A DNA stretch of 25,562 nt from NCBI GenBank assembly GCA_041492805.1, contig JBGPXQ010000001.1, forward strand, positions 1 to 25,562. The letters are read 5' to 3'. Of this stretch, positions 1-7,605 are shown piece after piece. Both the position numbers and the translations under genes were made by a program. The first letter of the stretch is position 1. Each line of letters starts with the position of its first letter. The stretch is from Terriglobia bacterium (GTDB taxonomy: Bacteria > Acidobacteriota > Terriglobia > Acidiferrales > UBA7541). Below the pieces are notes generated by a model. That model was not told where the DNA came from. It did not search any database and worked only from the letters and a program-made list of their open reading frames with translations.

Positions 1-441
1 ATTATTGCTTATGGCGACCTGGTTGTGGCGACGCCGCGCGCGCGCTTTGCGTTGCCGGAAATTACCATCGGAATGTTTCCTCCGCTCGCTTCCACTATGT
101 TTCCTCACATCATCGGTCCGAAACGCGCACTCGAGCTTGTGCTGACCGGCGAAGCCATCACCGCCGAGCGCGCGCACGACCTGGGGCTGGTGAACCGCCT
201 GGTGCCGGAGGCGCAGCTCCAGACCACAGTGAACGACCTGATCGCCAAGATCACGGCGCAATCCGGCGCCGTGTTGGGCATGGCGAAGAAAGCTGTCATG
301 GGCGGAATGGGACTGTCCCTACGCGATGCCATGCGCAATTCCATGAGTATTTTTCTGAATGAGCTCTACCGCCTGGAAGATTCACAAGAGGGCTTGCGCG
401 CGCTTATTGAAAAGCGCAAGCCGCAGTGGAAGAATCGCTAG
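1..441 (+). CDS. Enoyl-CoA hydratase/isomerase (crotonase) family protein, 5'-truncated by window edge
   Basis: Frame is open from base 1 (IIAYGDLVVATPRARFALPEITIGMFPP). Crotonase motifs FALPEI.IG..P, KRALELVLTGEAITAERA..LGLVNRLVP, and C-terminal EDSQEGLRALIEKRKPQW. Confidence 0.9.
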   Translation: MIAYGDLVVATPRARFALPEITIGMFPPLASTMFPHIIGPKRALELVLTGEAITAERAHDLGLVNRLVPEAQLQTTVNDLIAKITAQSGAVLGMAKKAVMGGMGLSLRDAMRNSMSIFLNELYRLEDSQEGLRALIEKRKPQWKNR

Positions 442-481
442 GGGGCTTAGCACGCCACGTCTGCCGCGCGGACGATTTGTC

Positions 482-1126
482 ATGGATGACCCACGGAATA
501 TTCCTCACGGACCTCTCGAGGGCCCCCACGAAGAACCTCAGGAAAGGGCATCCGAGCCTGCGTCCGGCCAGGTTCCGGAATCTGCGCTCGAACCTGTAAG
601 ATTTGTTGCCAGCGTTGTCCCGGATTGGACGGCGCTGCAGCCCGCCGCTCCAAGCGTTGAAGAGGTGTCGCGGAAGCGCAGCCTGCGCCACAACCTCTTG
701 CTGTTGTTCTCCCTCACTCTGGCCGCCTTTGTGCTGACGGCGTGGATTCTCGTTCGCGTGGATTCGCCCTTCAGCATCTTCTCGACCGGCCCGCAGGAGA
801 TCGTGCGGGCGCAGCTCCGCGCGCTTGATCGCGGCCAACTCCGTCCAGCTTACGATATGTTCTCCGCGCGCTACCGAGAGCAGGTTTCCTTCGACGTATG
901 GCATAAATTGATCGTCACGCACTGGAGGATGTTCCATGCGGAGGTGCTGCGCGCCGGAGAACCGGCGCAAACCGGTCCGGTTGTGTCGCTCGATATCCAT
1001 CTGCGCGGCTCTGATGAAAAAGAGTACCGCGCGCGATTCACACTGATCCGACTCGCAGGCCGCTGGTGGATCGATGATGTGCACTGGACGGAAGAGGCCG
1101 ACGAACAGAACACCGTTCGAACGTAA
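482..1126 (+). CDS. Single-pass membrane protein with a C-terminal NTF2-like/DUF4864-like domain
   Basis: ATG at 482 chosen over the 359 start, which overlaps the upstream gene. Pro/Glu-rich linker, TM segment LLLLFSLTLAAFVLTAWILV, then EIVRAQLRAL...AYDMFS...Y...F.L......WWIDDV pattern. Family assignment is from memory. Confidence 0.6.
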   Translation: MDDPRNIPHGPLEGPHEEPQERASEPASGQVPESALEPVRFVASVVPDWTALQPAAPSVEEVSRKRSLRHNLLLLFSLTLAAFVLTAWILVRVDSPFSIFSTGPQEIVRAQLRALDRGQLRPAYDMFSARYREQVSFDVWHKLIVTHWRMFHAEVLRAGEPAQTGPVVSLDIHLRGSDEKEYRARFTLIRLAGRWWIDDVHWTEEADEQNTVRT

Positions 1127-1135
1127 CGCACCGAG

Positions 1136-1164
1136 TTGACACCACGCGACCTGCGACATAGACT
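1136..1164 (+). promoter_or_regulatory. Sigma70-type promoter of the btuFCD leader
   Basis: TTGACA (1136-1141), 17 bp spacer, TAGACT (1159-1164), immediately upstream of the riboswitch. Confidence 0.8.
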
Positions 1165-1183
1165 GCGTCTCGACAATGAGCAG

Positions 1184-1306
1184 GCATGGGAAGCGGGGAA
1201 GGCCGTGAGAATCGGCCACGGTCCCGCCACTGTGATCGGCGAAACGCCGTAAGTCAGGACACCCTCCCACGCCGTTGCAGCTGACACTCTTCGCGAGAAA
1301 GGGTGT
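1184..1306 (+). ncRNA. Cobalamin riboswitch 1, short form lacking the P7-P12 (BII) extension
   Basis: GGGGAA; P4 GGCCG/CGGCC with TGAGAAT loop; P5 ACGG/CTGT with L5 TCCCGCCA; short P6 CGGCG/CGCCG; J6/3 TAAGTCAGGACACC; P13 ACACTCTT/AAGGGTGT with L13 CGCGAGA. Lies upstream of btuF. Confidence 0.9.
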
Positions 1307-1313
1307 GGCGTCC

Positions 1314-1340
1314 AGCCCCGCTTTCTCGCGGGGTTTTTTT
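1314..1340 (+). terminator. Intrinsic terminator (expression platform of riboswitch 1)
   Basis: AGCCCCGC-TTTCTC-GCGGGGTT stem followed by a 7-T run (1334-1340). Confidence 0.85.
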
Positions 1341-1359
1341 ATTGCCGGGAATCGAACCG

Positions 1360-2421
1360 ATGGAATTCGAATCAAGCCGGGATCTCACGAACCGCGCGGA
1401 AGCAAACTTCGCGAAGACGCGTCTGGCTGCGCCAGGCCGATGGGTGATGCTGCTCATATTCTTTTTGTTCGACGCAGCGCTCCCGGCACAAACGCGAATT
1501 GCACAAGGTGCAGCCCAGTCTCCTGCTAACGCACCTGCCTCTCATCTATTCACCGATGAGATCGGCCGCCGGGTGGAAGTGCCGGCGGCCGTGGAGCACA
1601 TCGTTTCTCTTGCGCCGAACCTCACGGAAATTGTTTTTGCTTTGGGCAAAGGTGATCACCTGGCCGGCGACACGGACTTTTGTGATTATCCGGCCGAGGC
1701 CGCGCAGAAGCCGCGCGTGGGCGGTCCCGTGAATCCAAATCTCGAGGAGATCGTGGCGCTCACGCCGGACCTGATTCTAGCGACGAGGGCCATCAATCGC
1801 CGTGAAACCGTGGAAGCGCTGGCGCGAATCGGCTTGCCCGTGTACGTCACCGATCCTCATTCGGTGGATGAAATGATCACTTCCGTGGAACACGTCGGTG
1901 AAGTTTTGCATGCTGAAAAAGCCGCCGCGGCGCTGGTGGGAGACCTTCGCGAGCGGCTTTCTTATCTCGACAGGCGCATTGCCGCCACTGCACCGCGCCG
2001 CGTGCTCTTCGTCGTGTGGACCGACCCGCTGATCTCCGTTGGCAGCGGCACGTTTATTGCCGACGCGCTACACCGCGCCGGGGCGCGCTCCGTTGTGGAC
2101 ACGGCGGCCGAATGGCCTCGCCTCAATCTCGAAGAAATCATACGCCTTCAGCCGGAGGTTCTTGTCTTTGCGAGCGCGCACGCGGGAGACACGCAGCATG
2201 ACATCGATGCGCTGCGAACACGGCCGGGCTGGCGGGACCTGGACGCGCTGCGCCGCGGGAAGATCGTCGTCATCAGTGACGCCATCAATCGCCCCGCGCC
2301 GCGCATGGTGGATGCCGTCGAACAACTGGCACACGCACTTCATCCCGATTCGTTTGGACGTGGCGGATCACCGGCGAACGCCGCACACATTGCAGAGGAG
2401 GCCTGCGCGTGCGCCCGCTGA
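1360..2421 (+). CDS. btuF: Cobalamin ABC transporter periplasmic binding protein
   Basis: FTDEIGRRVEVP...IVSLAPNLTEIVFALG, DFCDYPAEA, PRVGGPVNPNLEEIVALTPDL, RPAPRMVDAVEQLA. Downstream of a B12 riboswitch. Start placed at ATG 1360 after the terminator; exact start uncertain. Confidence 0.88.
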   Translation: MEFESSRDLTNRAEANFAKTRLAAPGRWVMLLIFFLFDAALPAQTRIAQGAAQSPANAPASHLFTDEIGRRVEVPAAVEHIVSLAPNLTEIVFALGKGDHLAGDTDFCDYPAEAAQKPRVGGPVNPNLEEIVALTPDLILATRAINRRETVEALARIGLPVYVTDPHSVDEMITSVEHVGEVLHAEKAAAALVGDLRERLSYLDRRIAATAPRRVLFVVWTDPLISVGSGTFIADALHRAGARSVVDTAAEWPRLNLEEIIRLQPEVLVFASAHAGDTQHDIDALRTRPGWRDLDALRRGKIVVISDAINRPAPRMVDAVEQLAHALHPDSFGRGGSPANAAHIAEEACACAR

Positions 2422-3428
2422 CAATGAAGCGATTGCTCTGGACCTGCGGCGCGCTGGCAGGCGTGTTGCTTGCCTGCGTGGTCCTCGCGCTCAAATTGGG
2501 CGCCGTGCCGATCTCTGTGACAGACCTCGTGTTGAATCTCGGCCGCATCGCCATCGGGCGGAGCGACGAGCTTCCCACCGAATACCGCCTCATCGTTTTT
2601 GACCTCCGCCTGCCGCGCATTCTGCTGGGTATCATGGTAGGCGCGGCGCTTTCTGTCTCGGGAGCGAGCTTCCAGGCGCTGCTGCGCAATCCGCTGGCCG
2701 ACCCATTCGTCCTTGGGGTTTCGAGCGGAGCGGCGTTGGGGTCGATTCTGGCGTTGATTGTTGCACCGCAGTTTGCGCTGCTCACGCCCCTGGGCGCATT
2801 CTTAGGTGCCGGCGCGACGATTGCTGCGGTTTATTATCTGGGCCGCCGCGAAGGACAGCTCGACAGCACGACGTTGCTGCTCGGCGGCATTATCTGCGCG
2901 TCATTTCTTTCGGCGATCATTATGTTCCTGATGACGACCCTCGCGGGGCGCGACCTGCGGGGCATGGTCTTCTGGCTGATGGGCGACCTCTCGACGCCGG
3001 TCCCGGCCGGCCTCCGCTGGATCTTCACTGCCGGATTGCTCGCTGCCATTGGCGCGATCTACACCACCGCCGCCGACTTGAACCTGCTGCTCACCGGCGA
3101 GCGTGAGGCGATTCACCTGGGCGTGGACGTGACGCGCGTGAAGCTGGTCGTGTACGTTTCGGCGTCGCTGCTGACGGCCCTGGCCGTCTCCGTCAGTGGG
3201 GCCATCGGCTACGTCGGCCTGCTCGTGCCGCACGCGGTGAGACTGTTGTTCGGATCGGATTACCGCCTGCTGATTCCGGCTTCGGCGCTGGGTGGCGCGA
3301 TCGCTATCGTGGTGGCCGATATGTTGGCGCGCACCGTCGTCGCACCCACGGAATTGCCGGTGGGCGCCATGACGGCAATGGCCGGCGCGCCTGTATTCAT
3401 ATATTTGCTCCGACGGGGACTGCGGTGA
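2409..3428 (+). CDS. btuC: Cobalamin ABC transporter permease (FecCD/BtuC family)
   Basis: LRLPRILLGIMVGAALSVSGASFQALLRNPLADPFVLGVSSGA, EREAIHLGVDV, GAIGYVGLLVPH, ELPVGAMTAMAGAPVFIYLL. GAGGAG RBS at 2395-2400. Confidence 0.9.
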   Translation: MRPLTMKRLLWTCGALAGVLLACVVLALKLGAVPISVTDLVLNLGRIAIGRSDELPTEYRLIVFDLRLPRILLGIMVGAALSVSGASFQALLRNPLADPFVLGVSSGAALGSILALIVAPQFALLTPLGAFLGAGATIAAVYYLGRREGQLDSTTLLLGGIICASFLSAIIMFLMTTLAGRDLRGMVFWLMGDLSTPVPAGLRWIFTAGLLAAIGAIYTTAADLNLLLTGEREAIHLGVDVTRVKLVVYVSASLLTALAVSVSGAIGYVGLLVPHAVRLLFGSDYRLLIPASALGGAIAIVVADMLARTVVAPTELPVGAMTAMAGAPVFIYLLRRGLR

Positions 3429-4303
3429 GCATCCCGGAAACTTCAGCGCAAGCCCTCGGCAGCCACGACCGTGCGCCGAAGGCCGCAATGACCGTGCGCC
3501 TCAACGTCGAGCAGGCAAGCTTTGCGTATGCGGCGAGCGCGCGATCCGCGCCGACATTCACACTCGGCGCGACGAGCTTTCAGGCGCACGAGCGCGAACT
3601 GATCGCCATCCTCGGTCCGAATGCCAGTGGCAAGTCGACGTTGTTGCGCCTGATTTCGGGAACCATTGCGCCTCTTTCCGGGCGCGTCGAACTCGATGGC
3701 CATGAAACTAGCCGGCTCGACTCGCGGACTCGCGCGCAGCGCATCGCCGTGGTGCACCAGGAAAGCCCCATCATCTATCCGGCGCTGGCCGGGGATTTTG
3801 TCCTGCAAGGACGCCACCCGTACGGCCGAGCGTTGCGCCTCGCGAGCCAGGAAGACATCGCGATCGCGCGCAATGCGCTCGCGCAGGTTGGTGCGGAGCA
3901 CCTCGCGCACCGGACGATCGGGGAACTTTCGGGCGGCGAAAAACAGCGCGTCATCCTGGCGAGGGCGTTGGCGCAGCAGCCGCGGCTGGTTCTGCTCGAC
4001 GAGCCCACGCTGCATCTCGACATCGGGGCGCAAGTAGAATTGCTCGAACGCTTGCGGCAACTGGCCGAAGAGAATAAGTACGCCGTTGTAGTCGTGACGC
4101 ATGAGCTCGCGCTCGTCGCGGAATTCGCCGATCACGTCGTGTTGCTGCACCACGGCACATGTCTGCGCGTCGGGCCGCCCGCCGCCGTCTACCAGCGGGA
4201 GTTACTCGAGCAGGTCTTCGAAGCGCCGCTCGAAGTCGAGTTGGGCCCCGCGGGGCGGCCACGCGTGAATTTGCGTGCGCGGCGCAGCGAAGATGCGACG
4301 TAG
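3425..4303 (+). CDS. btuD: Cobalamin ABC transporter ATP-binding protein
   Basis: Walker A GPNASGKST, signature LSGGEKQR, Walker B LVLLDEPT, H-loop VVTH. GTGA overlap with the btuC stop. Confidence 0.9.
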   Translation: MSIPETSAQALGSHDRAPKAAMTVRLNVEQASFAYAASARSAPTFTLGATSFQAHERELIAILGPNASGKSTLLRLISGTIAPLSGRVELDGHETSRLDSRTRAQRIAVVHQESPIIYPALAGDFVLQGRHPYGRALRLASQEDIAIARNALAQVGAEHLAHRTIGELSGGEKQRVILARALAQQPRLVLLDEPTLHLDIGAQVELLERLRQLAEENKYAVVVVTHELALVAEFADHVVLLHHGTCLRVGPPAAVYQRELLEQVFEAPLEVELGPAGRPRVNLRARRSEDAT

Positions 4304-4339
4304 AGCTGCAACATAGAGTCGCAACTTAGAATAGCAATG
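4301..4339 (+). repeat. Three tandem 13-bp direct repeats, TAGA-N3-GCAA-N2
   Basis: TAGAGCTGCAACA / TAGAGTCGCAACT / TAGAATAGCAATG at 4301, 4314 and 4327. The third copy contains a -10-like TAGAAT. Confidence 0.7.
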
Positions 4340-4442
4340 CGCGGCGCGCGTTTTCTTGAGCGCTCCGCGAGATCGTTCACCCGGAGGATTGCAATGTCCC
4401 GGCCAGACCGGGACGCCGTAGTCCCCCGCCACATCCACCGCA

Positions 4443-4660
4443 GACTCCGTGCCGGGAAGACGGTGAAAGCCCGTCGCCGACGCGCGACTGTAAGGCGGAG
4501 TAGTTCCGCGCGAGCCACTGCCCTGAACGCCGGGGCGGGAAGGCTGCGCGGCGCAGTGCCGCCGAGCCAGGAGACCGACGGAGTCCGCAGCCGCGAAAGC
4601 CGGAAACGATCCCGGACACGCGGACAACCTTTACCTCCCGCGCGAGACGGGAGAGGGAGG
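4443..4660 (+). ncRNA. Cobalamin riboswitch 2, long form with BII extension and translational expression platform
   Basis: GACTCCGT(4443)/ACGGAGTC(4578-4585) closing stem; GGGAA; P4 GACGG/CCGTC; L5 ACGCGCGA-CTGTAA; GCCACTG (4514) and GGGAAGG (4537); GAGCCAGGAGACC (4564); P13 4628-4660 contains the GGAGG RBS of btuB. Confidence 0.92.
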
Positions 4661-4666
4661 ATCCTC

Positions 4667-6832
4667 ATGAAGACTTCCGTTCGTGTTTTACCTTTTCTTT
4701 TCTCCGTCGTTTCTCTGAGCTTGTTTTCCTTAGCGCCGCCAATTGCTGCACGGACACAATCCACCGGCACGATCACCGGCACGATCACCGATCCGCGCGG
4801 CGCGTCCATCGCCGGCGCGCAAATCATCTTTGAACAAATTCCATCCGCAGGTGAGACGGAGCGCACCTATTCCGCAGGTGACGGCCGCTTTGCACTCACC
4901 CTCCCATCGGGCCGCTATCGCGTCGTGATTTCGCGCGATTCCTTTGCGCAGGTCGTTCAGGAGATCGCAATTGCCGCGGGAGAAACGCGCGAATGGAATG
5001 TCCGCATGTCGCTCGAGCCGCTCTCTGCGAAAGTGGTCGTCACCGCGCAGACTATTCCGCTCGACGCCGGTTCGGCTCCCGCGCCGGTCACAATTCTCAC
5101 GCGGGAAGACATCGAACGGCGCGGCACGACGTCGCTGCCCGACCTGCTCGCCACGCAGCCCGGCTTCAGTCTGGGGCGCACGGGCCCCGAAGGCGGCTCG
5201 GCCTCGCTGTTCCTCGACGGCGGCAACTCGAATTACACCAAGGTGCTTGTAGACGGCACGCCAGCTAACAGCCCTGGCGGCCTCATCGATTTCTCCAACT
5301 TTACGCTCGACAACATCGAGAAAATTGAAGTGGTCCACGGGGCGGAAAGCGCGCTCTACGGCTCAGACGCGATGGACGGAGTGATTCAGATTTTCACGCA
5401 TCGCGGGACGACACGCATACCCGAGTTCACGGCTTTCGCCGAAGGAGGGAATTTCGCGACGGGCCGCGGCGGCGCGGAGCTTTCCGGCCTGCTGGGCCGC
5501 TTCGATTATTCGGCTGCCGCCTCTGATGTCGAGACTGCCGGCCAGGGCCCGAACGATACCTTCCGGAATCGATCGCTTTCCGGCAACTTCGGCTGGCGTT
5601 TTTCAGAGACCGCGCGCGTAAGTCTCGTCCTTCGGGACAACGTTAGCGCCGCAGGCACGCCCGGTCAAACGCTCCTCCAGCCGCCTAATCTCGAGAATAG
5701 TATCGCCCTGCACAATTTCAACGCGAGCCTTCGGGCTGATTTCACATCAGGCGCGCACTGGCGCCACCAGTTGAGTGGCACCGAATCCTACAATCGCGAA
5801 CTCAATATCGATCCATTTTTCCCCACCTTCTATCAATTTAACCGCTCGAGCTTCGCGGGACAGTCGACATATCTGAGCAAGGGATTCGGCGTCACCGCTG
5901 GGTACGAGTACGAAGTCGAAAACGGATTCATCAGCTTCATCGGCCTGCACGTGCGGCGCAACAACCAAGCAGGCTTCCTTGACGCGCGGTGGCAGCCCAT
6001 TGCGCGGCTGACGTTGAGCGCCGGCGCACGCGCCGAAGATAACGCCAACTTCGGCACGCGCGTCGTGCCACGCGCGGGCGTCGCCTACACGTTGCGCATG
6101 GCTCGAGGCGCCTTGGGCGACACGCGCCTCCGCGCCACCTACGGCCAGGGGATTGTGGAGCCAAGGTTCGATCAATCCTTCGGTACAGACATCTGTTTTC
6201 CCGGCAATCTCAATCTGCTTCCCGAACAGAGCCGGACCGTACATGCAGGAGTCGAGCAAAAACTCGCTTCGGATCGCCTGCGCGTCACGGCGGACTACTT
6301 CGACAACCGCTTCCGAAACATCATCAGCTTCCAGTCAGTCTCGCCGACCGCCGGCTGCTCATTTGCGGGCACGTATTTCAACACCAACCTGGCGCGCGCG
6401 CGCGGTGCAAACTTTTCCGGTGAAGCGCGCCTCACGCACTGGCTCAGCGTGGGCGCAAATTACACGTACGATTCCACGCGCACTCTCTCCGCACCCGATA
6501 ATTCCGATCCCAACTACATTATCGGTAGCCGCCTGTTACGCCGCCCCGTGAACTCCGGAAACGTCGCTTTGAATGCGTCGTTCCGGAGGATGAACTGGAA
6601 TCTCAACGGATATTTCACCGGCCAGCGCGCCGATTACAATTTCCCCGGCCAGATTATAAACCCCGGCTTCGCGCGGTTCGATCTTGCAGCCTCGTACAAC
6701 GTCTCTCACGGCGTCAGCTTCTACAGCCGCATTGCGAACCTCGCCGATAGACAATATCAGGAGGTGTTTGGCTACCCCGCTCTGGGGCGCGAATTTCGCA
6801 TCGGCGTGAAGTACACCACGCGGCGTGAATGA
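4667..6832 (+). CDS. btuB: TonB-dependent outer-membrane cobalamin receptor with an N-terminal carboxypeptidase-regulatory-like domain
   Basis: Signal peptide MKTSVRVLPFLF..., GTITGTITD domain, plug TILTREDIER...LPDLLATQPG, NIEKIEVVHGAESALYGSDAMDGVIQIFT, terminal NLADRQYQEVFGYPALGREFRIGVKY. Start at ATG 4667 after GGAGG. B12 specificity inferred from the riboswitch. Confidence 0.88.
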   Translation: MKTSVRVLPFLFSVVSLSLFSLAPPIAARTQSTGTITGTITDPRGASIAGAQIIFEQIPSAGETERTYSAGDGRFALTLPSGRYRVVISRDSFAQVVQEIAIAAGETREWNVRMSLEPLSAKVVVTAQTIPLDAGSAPAPVTILTREDIERRGTTSLPDLLATQPGFSLGRTGPEGGSASLFLDGGNSNYTKVLVDGTPANSPGGLIDFSNFTLDNIEKIEVVHGAESALYGSDAMDGVIQIFTHRGTTRIPEFTAFAEGGNFATGRGGAELSGLLGRFDYSAAASDVETAGQGPNDTFRNRSLSGNFGWRFSETARVSLVLRDNVSAAGTPGQTLLQPPNLENSIALHNFNASLRADFTSGAHWRHQLSGTESYNRELNIDPFFPTFYQFNRSSFAGQSTYLSKGFGVTAGYEYEVENGFISFIGLHVRRNNQAGFLDARWQPIARLTLSAGARAEDNANFGTRVVPRAGVAYTLRMARGALGDTRLRATYGQGIVEPRFDQSFGTDICFPGNLNLLPEQSRTVHAGVEQKLASDRLRVTADYFDNRFRNIISFQSVSPTAGCSFAGTYFNTNLARARGANFSGEARLTHWLSVGANYTYDSTRTLSAPDNSDPNYIIGSRLLRRPVNSGNVALNASFRRMNWNLNGYFTGQRADYNFPGQIINPGFARFDLAASYNVSHGVSFYSRIANLADRQYQEVFGYPALGREFRIGVKYTTRRE

Positions 6833-6839
6833 GGGGCAC

Positions 6840-7505
6840 ATGCCGGAAGACGTTCTGTTCTCCTGGAGCAGCGGAAAAGACAGCGCGATGGCGCTTCATG
6901 CTCTGCAGTCGGCGCAAAGCTTTTGCGTCACTGCTCTGCTCACGACCGTCACCGAGGAATACGATCGCATCAGCATGCACGGCGTGCGCCGCGTACTGCT
7001 CGAGCGGCAGGCCGAGTCACTCGGCCTGCCGCTTCATGCGGTCCTGATCCCTCCCCACTGCATCAATGCCACCTATGAAGCACGAATGAAGGAAGCCCTG
7101 ACCGAACATCTCGCGCGCGGCGTGCAGCGAGTGGCCTTCGGTGACATTTTCCTGGAAGACCTGCGTGTTTATCGCGAGCGGAATCTCGCGCAGCTCGGGA
7201 TGGAGGCCGTGTTCCCTATCTGGAAGCGCGACACGCGCGAACTCGCCCGCAATTTTCTGCGCCTGGGTTTCCGCGCGATTGCGGTTTGCATTGATCCTCG
7301 TGTTCTCGACCTGTCATTCGCCGGGCGCGTCCTCGACCCTTCGTTCTTCGCCGAGTTGCCGCCGGGTGTCGATCCCTGCGGAGAAAACGGCGAATTCCAC
7401 ACATTCGTTTTCGACGGCCCCGTCTTTCGGACACCGATTCGCTTCGTCACCGGCGAACGAGTGCTACGTGACGGATTCTGGTTCTGCGATTTATTGGCGG
7501 ACTGA
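6840..7505 (+). CDS. DUF71/COG2102 (Dph6-like) PP-loop ATP pyrophosphatase family protein
   Basis: PP-loop SWSSGKDS, RISMHGVRR, VAFGDIFLEDLRVYRE, DPCGENGEFHTFVFDGP. RBS GAGGGG at 6831. Confidence 0.85.
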   Translation: MPEDVLFSWSSGKDSAMALHALQSAQSFCVTALLTTVTEEYDRISMHGVRRVLLERQAESLGLPLHAVLIPPHCINATYEARMKEALTEHLARGVQRVAFGDIFLEDLRVYRERNLAQLGMEAVFPIWKRDTRELARNFLRLGFRAIAVCIDPRVLDLSFAGRVLDPSFFAELPPGVDPCGENGEFHTFVFDGPVFRTPIRFVTGERVLRDGFWFCDLLAD

Positions 7506-7585
7506 GCGGGTTGGCGCTACATGCCAATTTGCCTTCTGCCGCTTGCGCTGTCGCCCCGCAGCTCTCCGCGCACCTCCTTGCCGGA

Positions 7586-7594
7586 TGGTATAAT
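7586..7594 (+). promoter_or_regulatory. Extended -10 promoter upstream of gatB
   Basis: TGGTATAAT is a perfect TGnTATAAT, 11 nt before the ATG at 7606. Confidence 0.7.
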
Positions 7595-7605
7595 CTGCAC
7601 CTCTT

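Noticed and set aside
4337-4666. Arg-rich N-terminal extension of btuB in the ORF track
   Set aside because: It spans the riboswitch; the signal peptide and RBS start at 4667. Kept only as a low-interest translation hypothesis.
4762-4790. 12-bp tandem duplication CACCGGCACGAT in btuB
   Set aside because: In-frame, encodes the common GTITGTIT start of the N-terminal domain; only about 2.4 units.
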